Of a DNA stretch of 64,000 bases, positions 52,345-64,000 are shown piece after piece. The position numbers and the translations under genes were made by a program. Below the pieces are notes generated by a model. It did no database searches, was not told the origin of the DNA, and saw only the letters and a program-made list of their open reading frames with translations. The stretch covers positions 1,736,001 to 1,800,000 of the forward strand of contig NC_043017.1 in NCBI RefSeq assembly GCF_006345805.1, written 5' to 3'. Every line of letters starts with the position of its first letter. The stretch's first letter is position 1. Origin of the DNA: Octopus sinensis. Lineage: Eukaryota.

Positions 52345-52720
52345 CACGCAATGGCCCAGTGGTTAGGGCAGCGGACTCGCGATCGTAAGATGGCGGTTTC
52401 GATTTCCACACCGGACGTTGTGAGTATTTATTGAGCGAAAAACACCTAAAGCTCGACGAACCCTGCTGTACTCTTTCACCACAACTTTCCCCCTTTCTTC
52501 CTGTTTCTGTTGTAACTGTATTTCAAAGGACCAGCCTTGTCACACTCTGTGTCACGCTGAATCTCCCCGAGAACTACGTTAAGGATACACGTGTCTGTGG
52601 AGTGCTCGGCCACTTGCCCATTAATTTCACGAGCAGGCTGTTCCGTTGATCGGATCAACTGGAACCCGCGTCGTCGAAACCGACGGAGTGCCACGAACTG
52701 AAGCTCATTCAACTTTAGCC
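52345..52720 (+). mobile_element. tRNA-derived SINE (family 2-related)
   Basis: Head ggcccagtggttagggcagcggactcgcg...gtttcgatt. Confidence 0.8.
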
Positions 52721-53468
52721 TTTAATTCATTAAAGTTCCTTCACCTGAAAAAAAAAAAACCTATGAGAGCAAATTTTAACAAAATATGTCATTTAGCTTT
52801 TAGTGAAAAATAATATGCTGAATATAGACAAAGCATGAATAATGCTCAAATCCCGCTTTGTAATTATAATAAAAGTTTGCAATGCACATAAAGACCGGTA
52901 AAAATGCTACGGGAATCATGAGGATTTTAAATTAGTATAACATTTTTATGTGACCTATTTAATAATTCTTATTTTACGCTATGATTGCAGCTGCTCTGTT
53001 GAAATAACCGATCAATACACAGAGAGAAATTATAAGATATAACGCATTTATACAGACTGTTTTTGAGAACTGAACTGACAGCTTTGCAGAGGTAGAATAT
53101 TTTGAGAGAGAATACTCCGACTGAAGAAATTCTTTCCAATCAGGTAAGCATATAAAGAGTTCCAATCTATTTTATGTTGGTTTTTTTTTTCATGATGGGT
53201 TTGAAAACGGGATGGCGACAACTACGTGTCTTCTAAGTGCCTTCAAATTCATTGTGAGAAAAGGATAAGATTAATGTAGACTTGGAAAGAAAGTTTCTAT
53301 CAGAACGGAATTATGTAAAATTACTCAAGGTTCAGATTGAGACAATAAGCGGTCGATGAATCGAGTCTCTCAGCATTCAAATGTATTAAGAATATTTACC
53401 AGCAATCAGAAAATTACACAGGTTTTACGACACGTTATATAATATATTTTATATGTATGTATCTAACT

Positions 53469-53553
<85 letters not shown>

Positions 53554-53782
53554 ATATGTATGTATCTAACTAACTGTATATATATATATATATATATATA
53601 AGATAAGAGAAAAAAAATCAATCAGAAAGGAACTCTATCTTTTGATAAGCATAAGAATGCGCAACCGGTAAAAAGAACTTTCACCTAATTAAATACACTC
53701 TCCCTTACTTAAATTATTTTGTCAGCATTTTCTTCATTTCCTTTTTTTATATATCACAACTCGTGTTCTACATCTCCTTTTT

Positions 53783-53822
<40 letters not shown>

Positions 53823-55794
53823 CATACATACATATTTCGTTCTTTCGTTCCTCTTCTCTCACATATCTTTGCCTTCTCTTCTTGCCCACTTTCCATCTAC
53901 TTTTCAGTTCACTGTGTCCCTGTCATTTTTTCTCGCCCCTCCTTAACTCTTCTGTCCCTCTGCTTCTACTCTTTCTCTTCTCTTCCCACGTGACCGGCAT
54001 TCGGCTATGCCTGTTCTTTCTTTCTTGGTCTGGCCGTTGTCCGTGCAACATCGATATTCCTCCCGGTAGTTGGGAAATCTTGTATATGCAGAGAGGTTGT
54101 GAATCTGTGTCTTAGCTTTATATACAAATCTTTTAATTAGTCAATTAATGCTGAATGTTAAATTACAAAAACCTTTCTAATTCTAGTTCTACGGGTCTTT
54201 CTGGAGTTGCTCCCACTATCGACATAGAGGAATTTTTCTGGGAATCTTCTATTGTATTTAAATAGACCTGTATTTAAAGGGTATGGAACATAAAAATGGT
54301 GCCAAAAATGGTGCCAAATATCGACATTTATCACCATACAGTTCTGCTCCGTGGAACGCACACACCGGCTCATCGAACAGGCGTCTCAATTCCCTCTGAT
54401 GCAGGTGGGGACATCTGAGTTGATGTTTGGTATATATTATTTAGCAAAATATATTACCTGTAGCAGTTGAGACATTATTAGGGACGGGTAAAAATCAGAA
54501 TATCGAACCTAGTACACTTTCAGTTATACTTATCGTTAATACCCCCAAACACGTCTATAGCAGACATAATGTTATGCCATAAGGAGAATTCTATAACTCT
54601 ACTAATACTGTTGAGAAATGAATCTAAAATATTCTTGATCACTGACATTAAGACTGGCTGCGATTTTTCTTACTTCGAGATTCATCTGTTTGTATAAAGT
54701 ACAATGTATCTGTGATACTATTGGAGAGAAGCATGTTGTATAAATCTGTCCACGGCATGCAAGTAACTGTTTTGTTAGACTGCACAAAAATTTTCTCTGA
54801 GTTATTTGTTTAACAAAGTAGCTTCGGTAACCTTACAAAATTTAATCTTCCTTATGAGGCTGAAAAAGCACCTACCAATCCGAAATAAATTTACGTTCGT
54901 ATCGGTATTTTGGCACCTGCTCTGTCAGCTACCAGGTGCGCTTCTGTTATGTTTTGCATTTGTTTGATTATATGTGCCTTGGTCTCTCCGGTGTGGAAGA
55001 TTGAACTGGTTTGTAGGTTTCACAAGACTTCTGACATCCTGCAGTAAGACTGGTGAGACATGTGGTGTGTCAGTAGTGGACACTGGTCTGGCATTTGTGG
55101 CGGTGTCGCAGTGATGGGATACCGCGGATCGTTTGCAGTTTGCAGTGGTTTTGAGTGCTGGTATGATTTGCTTCTGTGTTTCGCGTAGCTAATACATCCC
55201 ACTTACGATTCTACATGCAATGTTCGAAACAGAAGATTGCTGTTCAATTATTGCTGCCGTCCGTACTGCTCCTACAAAGTAATACGTACAACATTCGCAT
55301 ATTTCCAGAATGGAAACTGCACGCGCGGTTCCCTGGCCGTGTGCCTTTGCTGATTCTGATGCGAGTCGTTTGTGTTTTGTGAGAGGGAAAGAGAAAGAGA
55401 TGGAGAAAGAAAGAGAGAGATGCTTACATACATACATACATACATATCACACACACACACACACACACATACACGCGCGCGCGCATATTGTGCTTTCAAA
55501 TTGATATTGTAACAGCATTTCCCCATGATTTCATATGTCAAGCTGTGGCGTGTTCCTCTTCACTGTCTCCAATCCATTTGTCTCAGCTGACTTCATCGTA
55601 ATTGACAGTCTGGGGTCATCTGATTCATCTGCACTATCGGAAGAATGTAGCGTTTGCTGCAGTAAAAACAACAGAAGAAACAACGTAACAATACCACGGG
55701 GTCTTTTCTCTTTGGCAGCCACTATTCAGTTTCTTCAATTTCTGTTCTGATTGATTGCATATTAGGTGTAATGATGTGGTTCTGTATACTCTTT

Positions 55795-56015
55795 ACTCCT
55801 TTTTACTCTTTTACTTGTTTCAGTCATTTGGCTGCGGCCATGCTGGAGCACCTCCTTTAATCGAGCAATCGACCCCGGGACTTATTCTTTTGTAAGCCCA
55901 GTACTTATTCTGTCGGTCTCTTTTGCCGAACCGCTAAGTAACGGGGACATAAATACAGCAGCATCGGTTGTCAAGCAATGCTAGGGGGACAAACACAGAC
56001 ACACAAACACACACA

Positions 56016-56082
<67 letters not shown>

Positions 56083-56225
56083 TACGACGGGCTTCTTTCA
56101 GTTTCCGTCTACCAAATCCACTCACAAGGCTTTGGTCGGCCTGACGCTATAGTAGAAGACGCTTGCCCAAGGTGCCACGCAGTGGGACTGAACCAGAGAC
56201 CATGTGGTTGGTAAGCAAGCTCCTT
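55795..56225 (-). mobile_element. tRNA-derived SINE family 1, near full length
   Basis: Collinear with 1905-2249, with an internal (TA)n tract. Confidence 0.88.
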
Positions 56226-56942
56226 AACAATATCTATTTTGTGCACACACTAGCACAAAATCAGAAGAATTTAAAATGTTACATATTACAAATCTTTAGT
56301 GTAGGTTCAATAATATTGTAGACACATTTATTCTATACTGATGTACGAAATAAAGAAAAAAGAGAAAGGAGTCTCCTGACAGACTGTTTCGCGTTTCTTT
56401 TACAACTTCTTAGAAACGTTGAAAGGTGTACCGCACTTTCTTCCTTACATTATTGTATCAATCGGCTGCTATACAAAACCTGGCAAACAACGTTGAAAAG
56501 TATCCCTATTTGCATACTGTGCTAGTAAGGAAATAACAATTTTATGTAGAGCACAGGAGACCACATACGTTCAAATGTTACAAAGAATCAGCGAAAAGTA
56601 AATATTGAATATACTTTACTCACAGTAAAATAAATAATGATATTAACATGAGCGAGAAAAAAGGGAGGACCTTCTGAGGGTCCGCTTGTTTAAGCGTTAT
56701 AAGCACATGCACATAAAATAGGCTCTCCACTATGGCCCTCCTCGCCTAATTTATGACTGCTTTATATAGCAACTGATCCATACTCTTTCTTAACTGGTAA
56801 AAGAAGACGAATATATCCCAGAAGAATGGTCAGCAACTTGTAAAATGGGCCGGAATGAAACTCCTCTCTTTTTACGTATTTCTTCATCATAGAAAGAATG
56901 TATTTGCGTTCTGGTTTTTAACATTGAATTTATTGTTCTGAG

Positions 56943-57300
<358 letters not shown>

Positions 57301-57301
57301 A

Positions 57302-57577
57302 GAAGTTCAAAAGATAGTGCTCATGGGAACTGCTCATATCCTACGCAAATACTCTCTATGTAATCTCAAGGTTTAAAACAAACATAATTTTCGGTTAAAA
57401 AAAAAAAAAAAAAAAACCTTTTTTTTTAGACATTCATTAGTACAACATCCCCACCCCCCCAAATATATGGCACACTAGGCATAACAACAACATGAACTTC
57501 CAACCCTGTTGTCTCTTGAGGTCTCTGGGTGAGACTTGGAGCCAACTTGTACAAATATAAAGCAAAAGTCAAACATA

Positions 57578-57580
<3 letters not shown>
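57302..57580 (+). mobile_element. 5'-truncated R4/Dong 3' end inside a (TAA)n array
   Basis: EVQKIVLMGTAHILRKYSL, then the 3' UTR, flanked on both sides by (TAA)n. Confidence 0.85.
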
Positions 57581-57641
<61 letters not shown>

Positions 57642-57882
57642 TATAATAATATTAAAAATAATAATAATAATAAATACATACATACATAGATACATGCATA
57701 CAAACATACATGCACACATACATATACGTACATGTGCATATCGTGTGAGTTGTAAGGAATTAATAACTAGTTCAGTCCGACTCTGTAGGTTGGTCGTTGT
57801 AGGAGCGTATCTCTACCAATATTACTTTGAATCATATGAAGTTGAGCCAACTTGTTAATAAATGTGTGTGTGTGTGAGTGTA

Positions 57883-57944
<62 letters not shown>

Positions 57945-58067
57945 TGTATCTCTGTGTGTGTAGTTATGTTATATGAGTAAGTATCTATTTCATTGTTTTA
58001 AGTAAAATTCACAATAAGAAATTATCTGTTTCAGATTTCCTGAGGTAATAACTAAAAAGAAAAAAGA

Positions 58068-59990
58068 ATGTTTCAGTGGAAAAGAATCACAATTTTGTTT
58101 TGTGGTGCCATTATTTTCCTGTATGCTATGTGGATTTACAGTTTGAATATTAAAGACATCGAACCAACGGAACCAAAACCACTCCACGAATTCTTGGTTT
58201 ATTCGACAGCATGTCAGATTCCAGCCATTGATCCATTCGACATTTCCGTATATAAATATTTCTCAAAAAGCGTATGGCGGCCCTGCCCGGGTATTGCCTC
58301 TCTGACGTACCAAGAGGATAACGTTTTAAGAATTAATAAAACCCTCATCAAACAGGAGTATAAAAACAATTTTCAGTTGTGTAAAATATATCCAATTGTG
58401 CGGAAGGATATTGACGACAATCATATCGAATACATGGACGAATCGTTACAGTTTAAATCAGACGTGAATGTATCTCATGAATTTATAAAAGTTCAATGCT
58501 TTAATAGAGACAATAAAATTATTTACACCAATTTCCATGCATTTGTCCAAAGGAAGGAATCGCTGCTTGAGAAAAAGAATCCAACTTATATTCTTGAACA
58601 TAAAATTTCAAAACATCCAAAGAAAAATACGATTTTAACAAACAAGCTTTCACTGAATGTTCTTTTAATTGGAGTTGATTCAGTTTCCCGATTGAATTTC
58701 ATACGGCAAATGCCACTTACTCGTCAGTTTTTATTAAAGCATGGAGCATTTGAAATGTTTGGTTACAATAAAGTGGCTGATAATACATTTCTCAATATGG
58801 TGCCATTTCTTACTGGTAAGTATGTAGAAGAACTACTTGGTCCACATAAATCTGCGTCGAAGCCTTTTGACAAACACGATATACTTTGGAAACATTACAA
58901 TAAATCCGGTTACGTAACTATGTTTGCAGAAGATTTACCATCTGGAGCAACGTTTAACTATTTGAGATATGGTTTTAAAAAACAACCGACTGATCATTAT
59001 TTCAGGCCATTTGCCCTGGCAATGGCTGAACAACGTTCCTTCTGGTCAAATAAATGGTATTGTTTCGGTAATCGTATGGAAGCAGCGATAGTTCTACAAT
59101 ATACACACGATTTCATTAGAGTGTATAAAGATAAACCGTATTTCTCCCTAACATTTATTACACGTGTTTCACATGATGACATGAATGAAGCAGGACGAGG
59201 TGATCTTGAATATCTGAGGATCCTTGAGAAATCTTTTAGTCAAAATCTACTCAAAAATACCATTTTGTTTTTCTTTTCTGATCATGGAATTAGATTTGGT
59301 TCATTTCGTAAGACTTATGTTGGGCGACTGGAAGAACGACTTCCTGCTATGTACATCCTTCTACCTGAATGGTTCAGAGATAAATTCCCGACATTATGGA
59401 ATAATCTTAAAGTAAACACTCGCAGACTAACGACACCTTTTGATATCTATGAAACCCTACAAGATATCTTAGATATCGAAAAAGCAGCAGAACGTTCTAA
59501 ATCTAATGAAATTGACTATAAAAATCTCAAACGAATCAGCCTGTTCAAAAAGGTCCCTTTAAATCGTTCTTGCGAGGCAGCAACTATTAAACCACACTGG
59601 TGTACATGTCACGTCTTTACTCCAGTTGCTGTTGATGACAACATTGTAATTGAAGTAACTAATTACCTTGTTAATTATATTAACAATATGACATTAAATT
59701 ATAAAAACTTGTGTGCTAGGTTAAAATTACAGAAAATAAAAAATGCTGAATTTTCAGGAATGAATGACAAGGTACTTTCTTTCCTTGGTAAAGGAGTACA
59801 GACTTATAAAGATTACCGAGTTATTATGCAAACGCTTCCCGGGGAAGGTTTATTTGAAGGATCGGTAAGGTATTACGGTGACAAAAAGCGATTATCCTTG
59901 TTGGGAGAGATTAGTCGAATAAACCGTTATGGACATCAATCAGATTGTATTCATCTCAGTCTTTTGAAAAAATATTGCTACTGTACATAA
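58068..59990 (+). CDS. DUF229-family (alkaline phosphatase/sulfatase-like) type II membrane protein, 640 aa, single coding exon
   Basis: Intact ORF with N-terminal TM segment (ITILFCGAIIFLYAMWIYSL). Motifs LNVLLIGVDSVSR, GYNKVADNTF, FAED, QPTDHYFRPF, SHDD, FSDHGIRFG, RLEERLP, TPFDIYETL and a Cys-rich C-terminus. Acceptor ttatctgtttcag| lies ~33 nt before the ATG. Confidence 0.92.
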   Translation: MFQWKRITILFCGAIIFLYAMWIYSLNIKDIEPTEPKPLHEFLVYSTACQIPAIDPFDISVYKYFSKSVWRPCPGIASLTYQEDNVLRINKTLIKQEYKNNFQLCKIYPIVRKDIDDNHIEYMDESLQFKSDVNVSHEFIKVQCFNRDNKIIYTNFHAFVQRKESLLEKKNPTYILEHKISKHPKKNTILTNKLSLNVLLIGVDSVSRLNFIRQMPLTRQFLLKHGAFEMFGYNKVADNTFLNMVPFLTGKYVEELLGPHKSASKPFDKHDILWKHYNKSGYVTMFAEDLPSGATFNYLRYGFKKQPTDHYFRPFALAMAEQRSFWSNKWYCFGNRMEAAIVLQYTHDFIRVYKDKPYFSLTFITRVSHDDMNEAGRGDLEYLRILEKSFSQNLLKNTILFFFSDHGIRFGSFRKTYVGRLEERLPAMYILLPEWFRDKFPTLWNNLKVNTRRLTTPFDIYETLQDILDIEKAAERSKSNEIDYKNLKRISLFKKVPLNRSCEAATIKPHWCTCHVFTPVAVDDNIVIEVTNYLVNYINNMTLNYKNLCARLKLQKIKNAEFSGMNDKVLSFLGKGVQTYKDYRVIMQTLPGEGLFEGSVRYYGDKKRLSLLGEISRINRYGHQSDCIHLSLLKKYCYCT

Positions 59991-60044
59991 AGGTTTGCAA
60001 TAGATTTTTCTATGTATTATTTGAGAGTACATACATACATACAT

Positions 60045-61448
60045 ACCCTACTAGTATCCTTCGACGTAATTAACCTTTATTCAAACATCCCTCACACCCT
60101 AGGAATAGAAGCGATCACTTTCTGGCTAAATAACTACTCCTTTGAACTCCCAACTCGCATAAATAAAGAACTTATAATAGAAGGACTTAGATTCATTTTA
60201 GAAAACAATTACTTTATTTTTGACAATAATTTCTACAGACAAAGATCGGGAACAGCGATGGGCACGCGTACTGCGCCTTCTTTTGCCAACCTAGTGATGG
60301 GATACCGAGAAAATACTCTACCAGAAAACACTCGAGAAATATAGAAACACCTTCTCCATCTATATCCAGAACAACTGGAAAAGATAACTCGACGGCTGCT
60401 TTATCCTCTGGGATAAAAGTATAGAGAAACTTGAGGAATTTAAAATACTATTAAATGGAATAAATGATAATATTCAGTTCACGATGGATCATAACGAAAA
60501 AGAATTGCATTTTTAGACATCCTCATTAAGAAAGTCGGCAACAAAATGGAGACAGATATCTATTATAAACCGACAGACTCCAAGCAGTACCTACCCTTTG
60601 ATTCATGCCACCCAAGACACACTAGAATAAATGTCCCTCTTTGTTTAGCTAGAAGGATTTGCACCATAATATCAGACACAAACACCTGACACACACGCCT
60701 CCGGGAACTTAGAACTACACTCATAAATAGAAATTATCTACAGCTCCTAATAGACAGTGCAATCCAACGAACACTTAAATTAAGTATAGAAGACGTGAGA
60801 CAAACAAAACCAAAAAAGAAAGAAAAATTAAAAACCCTTCCCTACATCTCTACACACAATCCACTTAACAATGAGGTCTTCAACACTATACTACAAAGCA
60901 CAGCCCTACTAAAGGGAGACCCAAAGATGAACCGGATCCTCGAAACACACACCATCATTAAAAGTAAGCGGCAACCAAAATCCTTGAAAAAGATTTTAAC
61001 CCAAGCTAAACTGCACTCAACATCAACCACAAAACCAGCAGTTAGAAAATGTGGAAAGCCCAACTGTGTCATCTTGGTAGACGGTTCAGAATTCACATTA
61101 GAACAAGACCATCAGTTCACCATCAGAACAAACTTCACCTGTGCATCAGAAAATTTAATTTTCGTCTTAACATGCGCAGGTTGCAATAGGCAGTATATAG
61201 GCCATACAAAAAACAGCTTACGTAAAAGGATGGCGGTGCATAAATCCCAAATTAGAAACCCTGAATACCGGAAAATACCAGTCAGCGGACACATAGATAG
61301 ATGTGCTTCAAATAAAAGTCCGAAATTTACAACTTGCCCACTTTTCAAATTCAGTGACAGCGTAACCTTCACTCAACGCCAAAATAAAGAACTTTATTTC
61401 ATTAAAAAATTTAGACCAAGTTTGAAAACCCTGGGCCAGGAATATTAA
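60045..61448 (+). mobile_element. Penelope-like element (RT + GIY-YIG), decayed, 5'-truncated
   Basis: LVSFDVINLYSNIP...GTAMGTRTAPSFANL (PLE RT); FLDI, YYKPTDSKQYL; CGKPNC linker; CASENLIFVLTC..CNRQYIGHT...RMAVH (endonuclease). Stops and frameshifts present. Confidence 0.92.
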
Positions 61449-62097
61449 AACAAAACATTGGTCTTCCGAAAAGAAAAATGAAATTCTACCACAACCACTA
61501 CGATCACTACGACTGCTTCCACTATCACTGCTACTACAACCATCGTGGTCACTACTATTGCTGCTACGATCAACAGTCCTCCACTACTGCTGCTTCTACT
61601 ACGGCCACAGCTTAACTGCTACAACCCCAACCACCACCACGGTTACCACTACTACGACCAACAGTAACTGCTACTACTGCCATCTCAGCCACTGGTCATC
61701 CCACTGCCACAGCTGAGCTGCTGCAACCCCAACCACCACCACGGTTACTACTACTACAACCAACAATCGCTACTGCTGCTACCATTTCAGTCGCGGGTCA
61801 TTCTAACACAAGAAAGCTAAAAGCAGCCACGTGGATCCCGTTGATACCAGCAAGAAACAATAATGAACTTCTTTTCTACACTCAACTTGAAATTTATAGC
61901 TATTATACCTACTACCAACAAAACACCACCGCATGGATTCTATTGAGACCAATAAGAAACAAGCATGAACTTTTCTATTACACTTTACTTTTTAAAATAT
62001 TTTTGATAAGGTTCGTTTTTTCAAGAACTGAAGCATGTAAATTTCATAAAAAATTAAAATTGATATAATATATTGGCGTTTTCAAACTCCTGGTCAA

Positions 62098-62187
<90 letters not shown>

Positions 62188-62192
62188 ATATT

Positions 62193-62298
<106 letters not shown>

Positions 62299-62306
62299 TA
62301 TAGAAG

Positions 62307-62357
62307 AGCTTCTACAGGACTAGAACTGTTTCATTCAAGAGAAATCTTCAGGAAGCT
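62307..62357 (-). ncRNA. Type I hammerhead ribozyme
   Basis: Minus strand: agcttc-CTGAAGA-tttc tctt gaat-GAAA-cag ttctagtc ctGTA-gaagct. Complete core, 6-bp stem I and paired stem III; the first pair of stem II is mismatched. Confidence 0.68.
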
Positions 62358-62534
62358 AGTTAACAAGAATTGTATTGGCATTTATACATTTAGGCAGGTT
62401 AAAGGGGTGTTGGTGGGGGACTTTTTGGGGGTAGGCATAGCGCAAAAAATCATACTTGGGGAGTGGTCAAGGAGTCAGTGTTAAATTAGATAGGAGAATA
62501 AATAAAAAATAAAAAATAAAAAATAAAAAAAAAT

Positions 62535-62570
<36 letters not shown>

Positions 62571-63014
62571 AAATAAAAAATAAAAAATAAAAATAAAAAT
62601 ATAAAAAATAAAAAATAAAAAATAAAAATATATAATATATATATATAAAGGGGGGAATAGAGTTTTAGGTAAATAAGGAGATTCTCACTTATACCTCTAC
62701 ACATACACACATATATACACTGACACATACATATACAAATCTACACATACACATATATATGTGTACATACACACACTCACTTGCATACACGTATACACAC
62801 ACGACCACACATACATATACACACAGAAAAATATATATATATACACATACACACACATACTCACATACACGCATACACACACAACAAATCCATACACACA
62901 CATGCACACACAGCACACTAGTCCCTATATACACATATATACACATACACACATATATATACACCCACACATACACATACATACACATATATATACATAC
63001 ATACACATACATAT

Positions 63015-63059
<45 letters not shown>

Positions 63060-63368
63060 TATACATATGTGTACCCATGCATACCTACACATACACACAT
63101 ATATATATACATATACAAATACAGACCCATTCCCTAATTTTAATTTTATCTTCGTTTATTACTTTTGTTATCTTTGGCCGCTTGGTCACAAACATCTTGG
63201 CTATGACAGCCAGACCATTTATCCGTCTACTGGAAAACAATTACTCATTCACTCACGCACACTCTTTAGCGCATACACTCACTCATTCGTACACTCATAC
63301 GCATACACGCACGCACGCGTTATATTCATACATACATACATCTACATACATTCACGTATATACACATA

Positions 63369-63670
63369 CGTACCTACAGATTCATGTCTACACTCTTAGA
63401 AGGCTAGTCTATACATATACACCAATAAATATAAATACACACACATACATGTACACCTACATACAAATACATACATGTACATATATATTACATATATATA
63501 TATATATATATATAATATATATATATATATATAATACATATATATATATATACGCGTACCTACAGATTCATGTCTACACTCTTAGAAGGCTAGTCTATAC
63601 ATATACACCAATAAATATAAATACACACACATACTTGTACACCTACATACAAATACATACATGTACATAT
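63369..63670 (+). repeat. ~120-bp direct duplication separated by (TA)n
   Basis: cgtacctacagattcatgtctacactcttagaaggctagtc... occurs at ~63370 and ~63556. Confidence 0.88.
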
Positions 63671-63680
63671 ATATATATAT

Positions 63681-63730
<50 letters not shown>

Positions 63731-63883
63731 ATTCATACTAACATGCATACTCAAAAAATAAGTAAATAGTAAATATATATACGCGCAGTTATTCATACAT
63801 GCATACTCAAAAAATAAATATTAAGTATATGTACGTGCAGTTACCTATTATATAGACGGATACATACATATAATAAACTTACA

Positions 63884-63931
<48 letters not shown>

Positions 63932-63943
63932 TATATATATATA

Positions 63944-63974
<31 letters not shown>

Positions 63975-64000
63975 CACACACATATATATAAACATAAATA

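Noticed and set aside
53090-53143. Plus-strand segment ending in a perfect CAG|GTAAGC donor
   Set aside because: All three frames contain stops. At best it is an untranslated exon, and nothing else supports it.
55497-55535. MKSWGNAVTISI* resembling the MKGSG..VTI signal exons
   Set aside because: Stop at codon 13, no hydrophobic core and no donor. It is probably chance, although a pseudo-exon cannot be excluded.
55531-55722. ORF MAAKEKRPRGIVTLFLLLFLL… that looks secreted
   Set aside because: It starts at GTG after a stop, and the hydrophobic stretch is the translation of a polypyrimidine tract.
62689-63796. 336-aa and 212-aa YIHT-rich ORFs
   Set aside because: They are products of (TA)/(CA)/(TACA) repeats.

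Overview
AT-rich, microsatellite-saturated eukaryotic DNA. The SINE families and repeat landscape look like an octopus or other coleoid cephalopod genome (inference). There is one 100-N scaffold gap (16150-16249). Most of the window is simple repeats and decayed mobile elements: Tc1/mariner, MITEs, Helitron-like ends, tRNA-derived SINEs, CR1-like, R4/Dong, a near full-length L1/Tx1-like LINE, and Penelope-like elements with hammerhead ribozymes. The only unambiguous host gene is an intronless 640-aa DUF229-family membrane-anchored protein (58068-59990, +). The strongest new lead is missed by the ORF track: two paralogous signal-peptide exons on the minus strand (MKGSGSLVTICLLVLITGFHQIQA at 29901-29973 and MKGTGYIALTCLLILLAGLQESE at 20655-20724). 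Both end in phase-1 GT donors, one sits under a TATA/AP-1 promoter, and candidate phase-1 exons lie downstream. This points to a small cluster of unrecognised secreted-peptide genes. Other leads are canonical and variant hammerhead ribozymes and recurrent direct or inverted duplications with breakpoints in (TA)n tracts. Coordinates of decayed repeats are approximate, and all gene models other than DUF229 are hand-built hypotheses.
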